Origin: Histomonas meleagridis 2922-C6/04-290x
Taxonomy: Eukaryota > Protista > Parabasalia
Direction: 5' to 3'
Assembly (NCBI GenBank): GCA_020184695.1
Contig: JAANOX010000037.1
Location: 310,001 to 374,000, forward strand
Length of the DNA stretch: 64,000 nucleotides
Made by a program: the position numbers and the translations under genes. Positions 1 through 9,200 of this stretch are shown piece after piece. The notes under the pieces were generated by a model that did not search any database, had not been told where the DNA came from, and saw only the letters and a list, made by a program, of their open reading frames with translations. Every line of letters begins with the position of its first letter. The first letter of the stretch is position 1.

Positions 1-660
1 ATTGATTGTGCTGATTGTTTAATATCTTTATCACTTAGATTAATAATGATTTTTTGAATCAATTTATTATTTCCCATTCATTATTTTTATCTTTTATAGT
101 GTCAATCTTTTTACTGGGACTGTTTCTCATTTTAACATTTGAATGAAGACTTGACGATTAAAACGCATATAAAAAGTCCGAAAACACACTGTTATTCCAG
201 TGAAAAACGATAACTTTTTGATTAACCGAGAAGCAGATTAAAAAAAAAGCCAAAAAGTTAACAAATCGTCCGATCAAAGCAACATCAATAAGATTGATTA
301 AACGATCTTTTGTTGAGAATTTTACGTTCAAATTTTTCACATTTGAAACAAGAAATTTGATACGAATGAATCTGTCATTTTGTACACTTTTATTCATCAT
401 AAAACAATTTTGGTGCATATTGACCGTATGATTTGGAGTTATGACCTCATTAAATGAAATTTTAACGTATTCCTATCGTACAATAAATTTCTTTGGAATT
501 ATACGGTTAATTAAATTATGATTTGAATAAAGTTCTGAATTCCTTCCAGAAGGGCGATAAAAACCGTAATAACTTGTATAAACGGTTTTCATTCTAATTC
601 CGATAAAAATTGAGAAGGAAAAAAAGTTTCAGAAAAGAAACCTTAAATCAAATCACTTTC

Positions 661-1509
661 ATGCAAAACGTTACACTTAGCAATGGTGTTGTCATGCCAC
701 TCGAAGGCTTTGGTGTTTTCCAAGTTCCAGATGGCGAACAGACCAAACAAGCAGTTCTTGATGCCATTAAAACAGGTTACAGATTAATCGATACTGCTGC
801 AGCTTACTACAACGAAGAAGCTGTTGGTGCCGCTATCAAAGAATGTGGCGTTCCCAGAGAAGAACTTTTCATTGTGACCAAACTTTGGGTTCAAGATGCA
901 GGCTATGAAAATGCCAAGAAAGCATTCGAAACATCCATGAAGAAACTCGGTCTTGACTACCTTGATCTTTACTTAATCCATCAACCATATGGTGACTACT
1001 ATGGTTCATGGCGTGCCATGGAAGAATTATATGAAGCCAAGAAAATCCGTGCAATTGGTGTCTCCAACTTCTACAATGACCGCCTTCTTGATCTTTGCTT
1101 GAATGTTCGTATTGTTCCACATGTTAACCAAGTTGAAGTTCATCCATTCTATCAACAAATCGAAGCAATGAAACTTATGAAGGAATACAAGATCCAAATC
1201 ATGGCATGGGCCCCACTTGCTGAAGGAAAGTTCGGAATCTTCCAAAATGAAACGCTCAAGAAGATTGCCGAAGCACATGGCAAATCAGTAGCTCAAGTTG
1301 CCCTTCGATGGAACACACAACGTGGTGTTGTCATCATTCCAAAGTCAGTTCGTCAGGATCGCATGGCTGAGAACCTTAACATTTGGGACTTCAAGCTCAC
1401 TGACGAAGAAATGAACGAAGTAGCCAAGTTAGATAAAGGACATAGTGAAATAGTTAATCACTATGATCCAGAATTTACAAAGATGATCAACAGTTGGAAG
1501 ATTCATTAA
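661..1509 (+). CDS. Aldo/keto reductase (2,5-diketo-D-gluconate reductase-like), bacterial-type
   Basis: Motifs GFGVFQ, GYRLIDTAAAYYNE, IVTKLW, LDLYLIHQP, IGVSNF, NQVEVHPF, IIPKS. First ATG is at 661, directly after Inr-like TCACTTTC; the track's TTG start at 610 is likely too long. Confidence 0.93.
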   Translation: MQNVTLSNGVVMPLEGFGVFQVPDGEQTKQAVLDAIKTGYRLIDTAAAYYNEEAVGAAIKECGVPREELFIVTKLWVQDAGYENAKKAFETSMKKLGLDYLDLYLIHQPYGDYYGSWRAMEELYEAKKIRAIGVSNFYNDRLLDLCLNVRIVPHVNQVEVHPFYQQIEAMKLMKEYKIQIMAWAPLAEGKFGIFQNETLKKIAEAHGKSVAQVALRWNTQRGVVIIPKSVRQDRMAENLNIWDFKLTDEEMNEVAKLDKGHSEIVNHYDPEFTKMINSWKIH

Positions 1510-1714
1510 ATCAATTTTTTTAAAAAAAAATTATTTTGAATGTGAAACAACGAAATTAACTTTTATTTAATATAAATGATAACAATTTCAGATATAAATG
1601 AATAAGAAGCTTCTCTTCAAATTGAAGAAGATGCGTTTTGAGAGAATTTAACCAGAATTATTTTATTTTAATCTTTGATAACTGCTTCACATATTCGTAT
1701 ATTATCATAATCGA

Positions 1715-2990
1715 TTAACTAAGTGCTGTATTAAATATTTTATATAATTTCCAAGTATTATTTTGAAATATAAAATTATCAAAATAAATTTTATATAAAA
1801 CAAATAAATATCTTCAACATTAATATTAATTCCTTTTTGTTCAAGAAGTAATTAAGCTATTTCTGTATGACCTTCTGAAGTTGCTAACATAAGTGCTGTA
1901 TTAAATAATTTGAATAATTTCCAAATATTATTTTTTAATATCAATTTATTAAAATAAATTTTAAATAAAACAAATAAATATCCTCAGCATTAATGTCAAT
2001 TTGGTTTTGTTCATGAAGTAATTTAACGATTTCTAAAGCACCATATTGAGATGCCCACATAAGTGCTGTTCTAAATACTTCAAATAATTTCCTAATATAA
2101 TTCTAAAATATAAGTATCTTTAGAATTAATATCAATTCCATTTTGTTCAAGAAGCAATTTAGCTATTTCTGTATGGCCTTCTGAAGATGCTAACATAAGT
2201 GCTGTATTTTATAATTTAAATAATTTCCAAATATTTTTTTGAAATATAAAATTATTAAAATAAATATTAAATAAAACAAATAAAAATTTTTAGAATTAAT
2301 ATCAATTCCTTCTTGTTCAAGAAGTAATTTAACTATTTCTATTTTACCATTTTCAGATGCAATTATAAAAGCTGTATTAAATAAATTAAATGAATTCCAA
2401 ATACTATTTTGAAATTCCAGAATATGAAAATAAATTTTAAATAAAACAAACAAATGTCTTTAGAATTAATATCAATTCCTTCTTGTTCAAGAAGTAATTT
2501 AACTATTTCTATTTTACCATTTTCAGATGCTCTAATAAGTGCTGTTTGAAATAATTTAAATAATTTCCAAATATTATTATGAAATAGAAAATTATTAAAA
2601 TAAATATTAAATAAAATAAATAAATATCTTTAGAATTAATATCAATTCCTTCTTGTTCAAGAAGTAATTTAACAATTTCTATATAACTATTTTCAGTTGC
2701 TTCTATAAGCGCTGTATAAAATATTTTAAATAATTTCCAATTATTATTTTAAAAAATCATATTATTGAAATAAACATTAAATAAATCAAATGAATATTTT
2801 TTGCATTGATATCAATTCCTTTTTGTACAAGAAGTAATTTAACTATTTCTATATGACCTTTAAAAGATGCTAAAATAAGTGCAGTATTAAATAATATAAA
2901 TAATTATCAAATATTATTTTGAAATATAAAATTATTAAAATAAACATTAAATAAATACAATAAATATTTTTAGCATTAATATTAACATTA
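1715..2990 (-). repeat. Tandem array of 8 interrupted ankyrin units (170-nt period = 102 nt coding + 4x17 nt; one unit 136 nt)
   Basis: Spacers between the D/N codon and the T codon at 2886-2965, 2716-2795, 2546-2625, 2376-2455, 2206-2285, 1900-1979 and 1730-1809 are all 80 nt; the one at 2070-2115 is 46 nt. 80 = 4x17 + 4x3 and 46 = 2x17 + 4x3. Confidence 0.92.
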
Positions 2991-4135
2991 TTTTGTTCTA
3001 AAATATATTTCAGAAGTTCAATGTTTCCAGATGCTGATGAATAAACTAAAATTTTATTCGGAATTTGATTGCTTTGAAGAAAAAGTTTAACAAGATATAA
3101 ATTACCAATTTCTGCTGATTTATTGATAATATCATCATTAATTTTCATTCCCTTATTAAGTAAAAATGAAAAAATTTCATAATTATAATATAAAATACAA
3201 CATTCACATAATTTTTCTATATTATAATTATAAGCTTCATTAAATTCTAATTTGTTTTCATAAATGTATTGAAAGATATCATTTTGATGAAACATAATTG
3301 CTGTTTCATATGCATTTTCAAATGTTGAATGATTCTGTTCACACAAATGAATAATTTCTTCATTTCCACCTGCAACTGCATATTTACCTGTGCTAATTAC
3401 ATTTGCGCCATTCATAAGTAAATATTTAAAACATTTAACTGATCCAAAAAATGCTGCATAATCAATTAATGAAACATCTTCTTCATTAACGAATGAACAC
3501 CTTTCATAAATTGATGGTTCAATAAATTGATCAAAATCAAAATTTGTTTGTGATGATATTTCTTGAAGTTGTTCGATTTCATCATTTCGAATTATTTTTG
3601 CAATTACTGTTGGATTATGTCCTTCTTTAATCAATTTCTTATGAATTTCCCAATCATTCTTTGAAAGTTCTGAATACTGGATTTTATATTTTTTTGGTTC
3701 ATCTTCTGACACATAATGAACAAAATATGTTTTATTTTTGTTCTTAATAATTGTTGGTTCAAGTAAACCATGATCATTCATATTTTGAAGAAGATAGTCT
3801 GATTCTCCTGTATATTTACCAAGAAGAAATTTTATAAATTCATCAAGAAAACCTGAAATATTTTGATTTTTATCTTCAAACATTTTAATCCCATCCAAAA
3901 AACTTAAATAAACATCAACTTCTTGTCTTCTTATAACAAACGCTGCATATGTCATTTGGATGATGATCATTTTAAAAGATAATGGGTAAATATCATCGAA
4001 TTTGTTAATTATTGAATTTACTGATTGAGATATATTTTTCATGTTCATATCAAAAATTGTCTGCATGATGGATAAAAGAAATTTATATTCATCTTGTAAC
4101 TCTATGTTTATCTTTTGTTTTTTATTATTGTTCAT
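1852..4135 (-). CDS. DUF3447-type ankyrin-repeat protein interrupted by 17-nt non-canonical elements (613 aa after removal)
   Basis: N-terminal DUF3447-like region (IIRNDEIEQL...SLIDYAAFFGSVKCFKYLL) followed by 170-nt ankyrin units. 2284 nt minus 26x17 nt = 1842 nt = 614 codons, ending at TAA 1852-1854. Restored loops read KN-NYDN-TAL, KN-NDGY-TAL, KD-NSGQ-TAL, KD-KGGN-TAF, KN-NYGN-TAL, KD-TYGR-TAL, ED-KDGN-TAL. Confidence 0.85.
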
Positions 4136-4362
4136 GAAATAATGAAATCAGGATTTAAAACGCGACGATTCAAATCATTTGAAATTCTAGAACGATAACT
4201 TTGGGTAATTTTCATTAAACTTAAGATATCTTTGGTATTTCAACTCAGAAAAAAACAATAATATGAAACAAATGTATTTTACAATACATTAAGATAAATT
4301 TTCGAGTTCGAGATTAAATTTGATATCAAATATATAAATTTTAAAAAGAAAACAATAATTTT

Positions 4363-4922
4363 TTATTTCATTGCGTCACACAACCAATTTAAAGCATCAT
4401 CAAGGCCTTCTTTTGTAACAGCAGAACATCCTTGAATCTGCCAACTTCGATTGCGGATTTGATGTAAACCTAAATTAATTGTAATCTATTGTTAAAAAAG
4501 AAAAATACTTCATCTGGACTCGCAGCTGTTGCTAAGTCTTGTTTGTTTGCTAATATCACCAAAGGAACACCTGCTAATTTTTCCTCATCTAACAATGAAG
4601 AAAGTTCAATCCCAGTTTCTTCCATTCTTCTAGAATCAGCGCTATCTATAACCCATACAATTCCATTAACTTTATTATAATAATTGGCCCAATAAGGTCG
4701 AAGTGCTCTTTGTCCACCTATGTCCCAAATGTTTAATTCCATGTTGTTTTTTTGGAGTTGTTTAACATTAAAACCTCTTGTTGGCGCAATTGTTGTTGGA
4801 TCTTCGCAACTCATAGCTTTTAAAATTGTTGTTTTTCCTGCATTATCTAATCCAAGAAACAATAACCTTCTTTGAGCTACACTTGAATTCCCACCCTAGA
4901 ATAAGAAAAAAATTCATACCAT
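4363..4922 (-). CDS. ARL3: ARL3-like Arf-family small GTPase with two short GT-AG introns (170 aa)
   Basis: join(4922-4920, 4895-4509, 4485-4363) = 513 nt. Reads MGGNSS...[10 protein letters not shown]...WDIGGQ...NKQDL...[28 protein letters not shown]-terminal Gly2 is restored only after splicing. Confidence 0.88.
4486..4508 (-). other. 23-nt spliceosomal-type intron
   Basis: GTATTTTTCTTTTTTAACAATAG with TTAAC branch-like motif; removal restores the Arf C-terminal ...[18 protein letters not shown]. Confidence 0.88.
4896..4919 (-). other. 24-nt spliceosomal-type intron immediately after the start codon
   Basis: GTATGAATTTTTTTCTTATTCTAG; removal joins ATG to GGT GGG AAT in frame. Confidence 0.8.
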
Positions 4923-5028
4923 TTAGATGCTTTCCAACGTTGAGAAATAAACGGTCAAAACAAGGTGCACCCCTGAATAAATACCGTTGAAGAATGGATA
5001 ACTTTATGAATAAAATTTTATAAAAATA

Positions 5029-5679
5029 ATGAAAAATGAAAATGATGAAGAGATAGAATATCGTCATTATATGGATTCTCTTTTTCGCAAAGTAGAAATT
5101 AATAAAAAGAGATCTATACGTTCTGTAGAAGAACGTTCAATGATGATTCATCATCCATGGCATAATGTAGAAATTGGTCAAGCTTGTCCTGATGTCGTCA
5201 ACTGTGTTATTGAAATTCCTGCAGAATCTCGTGTAAAAACAGAACTTGATAAGCCAACAGGATTATTAAAAGTTGATAGAATTCTTCATTCATCAGTTGT
5301 TTATCCATCTAATTATGGATTTATTCCAGAGACATTAGCTGAAGATGGTGATCCTTTAGATATACTCGTTCTTTGCCAACTTTCTGTTCCACCATTGTGT
5401 CTAATGAAAGCTAGGCCAATTGGTGTTATGCCAATGATAGATGGAGGAGATCCTGATGATAAAATCATAGCTGTTTGTGTTAATGATCCAGAGTATAACA
5501 TGTATTTTGATATATCTGAACTTCCACCATATAAAATGCAGAAAATCAATCAATTCTTCAATGACTATAAAACACTAGAAAGGAAGACAGTAAGAACCTT
5601 CCAAGCTATGGGGTCAGGGCATGCTAAAAGAATTATTCAAAAATGTTATGCTGCATATCATGATTATTATAAAATATAA
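5029..5679 (+). CDS. Soluble inorganic pyrophosphatase (family I)
   Basis: HPWH, IEIP...K.ELDK, VDRIL...[31 protein letters not shown] motifs. Confidence 0.93.
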   Translation: MKNENDEEIEYRHYMDSLFRKVEINKKRSIRSVEERSMMIHHPWHNVEIGQACPDVVNCVIEIPAESRVKTELDKPTGLLKVDRILHSSVVYPSNYGFIPETLAEDGDPLDILVLCQLSVPPLCLMKARPIGVMPMIDGGDPDDKIIAVCVNDPEYNMYFDISELPPYKMQKINQFFNDYKTLERKTVRTFQAMGSGHAKRIIQKCYAAYHDYYKI

Positions 5680-5869
5680 TTTGCTCAATTTCTATATCTA
5701 AAAATTTGTTTTTTCTTTTCTACTGTACAAATAAATTTCGATTAAATTAAACTGAATTCCATTTACCAGATAATTTATTATTTAAGCAATTTTTTGTGTT
5801 CTTGCTTCCTAGAGTAATAAATATATAGATATAATTCCGCACAAATAAAAATATATTCCATTGTATTTA

Positions 5870-6090
5870 AAATTCCATGAATAAGTCCAATACATTCACC
5901 TCTAAGCATAGCTAACCAAGTTGCACTGTACTGCCTTTTCTAGGGCACACCTCATAAGCATCTCCAAGAACAATATTCATGAATTCCCAAAATTTTATCT
6001 TCAGTAACCATTTTATTATTTTGGTTTAACCCAACCTTCCTTTAAATAACCGCGTTGTTTAGAGGAAGTTCCAACATTTTCCATTGATCA
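5870..6090 (-). pseudogene. Decayed Sm protein (SmE-like) pseudogene
   Basis: Frame-hopping translation gives ...LNQNNKMVTEDKILG / EFMNIVLGDAYEVCPRKGSTVQLG / AMLRGECIGLIH, matching the Sm1 (GFDEFMNIVL) and Sm2 (LG..LLRG) motifs, broken by small deletions. Confidence 0.65.
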
Positions 6091-6211
6091 TTTGGATGTA
6101 CATTTTTTTTAATTCAGAAGTTTTGTTCAAATTTTACTGAAAAAACACGTCAAAAACAATTAAAAATTTTATAGAATAAACTTTTAAAAATAAAAGAATA
6201 GAAATATATTA

Positions 6212-9200
6212 TTACCACCATGGATACCATCCCCTAAACATCATACATAAGTTCTTTGGATCAGAAGCTTCTTTAATTAAATGATCTACTTGATCCACGA
6301 CTGGAGTAATTTTACCTTTTTTCAATTCTTTCCCTTTTAATTTGTCATCAATTCTATTAATAATATTAATTGCCCATTTACTTTCACCTCTTTCATTTTC
6401 ATCATTCGAAACCATCCATTGTAACAAAGGGTCATAAATGAATACTTCCAATAAGTCATGTAATTGTTCTCCATTTTCTCTAAATAATTTCATTACGTTT
6501 TGACAACAGCTTCTAAAAGTTCCTTCGATTTTTGAGACTTCCAAAACGTTTTGTAACATTCTTGTTAATCTAAAAGGGACAACTTCAGGGAACTTATCTC
6601 TATGCATAGCGACTTCGAAACAATCACCGAAATCAATATGTACTAATTTTGCACTTCTTTTCTTTATCATTATATTACATAAATGTCGATCACCTAAACC
6701 TAAAATATAACCAATCATTGAAGTAATACTTAATGAAGTTGTATATAAAGTTCTTCTTTCAATCCAATGATTAGAATCATCAGCCATTGAAAGCATTAAA
6801 TTCTTTAAATCATTTGCGTTATTTGATTTTAATCCAATATTAAATGCCTCGATTTTTTCATCTGATAATGGCATTGTATCAAATTTGGAGCAATTTTTTA
6901 TAGTTGTTTGATATTCTATTTCTAATGGAATTTCATTTTTCTTACGATTCATTTTAACTAAGTCATATAAAGTATTACAATTTTGTACCCAACCAATTAA
7001 ACCAACTTCATTTGTTAATGGTATAACTTTATAAGTAGTTATAGTTAATTTATCTTTTAATGGTATTGATGATTGTGTAATTATTGAATTCACTAAAGTA
7101 AATAATTGCATTACACGTTCATCTAATCGTGTATCTTCATTAGCTTTTAATAAGAATGTGAATTTTTGTCCATTCGAACCTAATAAATTCATTTTACGTG
7201 GACGTTGTTTACTTTTAATTATTGACATTTCTGAATCAATACCAATTAATTTAATTAATGGCTTATTAATTTCAAATGTACCGGGTACAAATAACTCAGT
7301 ATTTTGTAGATTTAATAATTCTGGTGATGCATCATTTAATTTAACAGTAGTTAATTCATTTAATATCGGTTTAATTTGATGAAAGATTTGGATATAAATT
7401 GTCCATGCTTGTAACAAACAATTATCATCTTTAGTTTCATTATATTTATTTAGCCAACTTTGAGCAATATTTAAAACATTACCAAATTGTCTTGTAAACA
7501 TAATTTCATAAAATGTTAAAGGTTTTATCGATATTATTTTATGCGTAGGGATTAATAAGTCAATCATTTCTTGTTTATTCTTACGCATTACATAAGCACG
7601 CGAAGCTTCTTCTATTTGTGAATGCCATATTTCCCACCAAGTTGAAGCTACACGTATTAATTCATTAGAAAATATTAATATTTGATTGACGATTTTAGGA
7701 TATTTATAATTTAATTTATCAAATATAAACTTTGCTAATTTTTGACGTTCAGATAATTCATTTTTTAATGGGACTAATAATGAATATAATATTAATTGTG
7801 GTTGTTTATTCCCAATTAATAATAATAAGTTTTCAATTAATGATTTTAATTCTTTATCATTACTATTAGAACGTGCTATAATTTGAGGTAATACATCGAT
7901 CCATATATGTAAAGGTAATAAAGAAATATTTTGTTGGAATTTATTATAAATTTCTTTATTACCATTTCGAAATAAAATCGATAAAATTCGTAATGTTATT
8001 GGTAAAGAATTCGAAATATTAATAATAATACCTTTAATTAATCCATTTAATGAATCAATTAAATAAGAATTATTTTTAGTTTGTTCAAATAAAATAAAAT
8101 TAATTTGTGACCATAATGAATATTGTTCAATAGTAATATTATAATTATTTTTATTATTAATAACTTTTAATAAATTAATTCGTGCTTCATTATAATTCTT
8201 AGATTCCATAAACCATTGACTTAATAAATAATATGATTCAATATTATTAATCGGTAATTCTTTAATAGCTTCTTCAATATAATCTTCTGATTGTAAATGA
8301 CGACTATAAATTAATTTAAAATCGGAATCAAATTCATTTAAATTCTTTTTAAGATAATTAAAAGTATTCGATAAAAGTTCATAACGTTGATGTTTTAAAG
8401 CTGTATCTAAAAACTTTATCCATTGTAATTTTTGTTCTTTAGGTGTTAATACTAAAGATCGAATACATAAACTTAAATGCATTATACTTGGATTATCAGG
8501 TAAATGATTAAAACGTATTTCCCATGTTTTTCTAATCCGATATAAATCATTTGATATATTCTCTTTATTTGAATTAAAGAAATTATTTAATTTCTTTGTT
8601 AATTTCTTATATTTTATAACTTCTTCTATTTCTGTTGTAAAACAAACCTTATAAAACTCATTATAAATTTGTTCATAATCTTCAAATATCATTGGGAATA
8701 TTCTATTTATGAATTGTATTCGAATTTGTTTAATTAAATCTTTAACATCATTATATTCATTCTTCATAATATGATATAATGATCTTAAGAATAATCCATC
8801 AGTTGTTGTATTATTTAATAAATTCGTTGATACAGTATCCATAAATTCATCATATTCAAACATTCGATATTCAGAGATAGCTAAATATATTGGGAAATTA
8901 TTATTTAATGATGCTTCTTTTAATTCTTTATATTGTGATAAAGCCTTTAAACAATTTAATTTCCCTTTATATAATTGACGATTATTCGGATCATTATTTA
9001 ATTCTAATTGATATAATTCTAATGCATCTTCCCATAATCCTAATCTTTCTGCTAAGATTGCTTGTGTAGTACTAATACCTCTTAATGCTGCTACTCGTAA
9101 TATCCCATTAGCAGCTAAAGGTAAATTTAATTGTTGATTTAATATAATTAATTTTTCTGTTTGTGAATTATCAAATTTATTAAAAAGTTCTTCAGAAATT

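Noticed and set aside
2190-2453. Track ORF of 87 aa (and the F/I/L-rich tail of ORF 2870-4135)
   Set aside because: These are read-through translations of the 17-nt elements, not real hydrophobic or TM segments.
1730-2965. Reading each 80-nt spacer as one 68-nt conventional intron
   Set aside because: There are no GT/AG ends, and no single contiguous 68-nt removal yields the conserved Gly at the correct loop position in all units; the GGA lies in the middle of the spacer.
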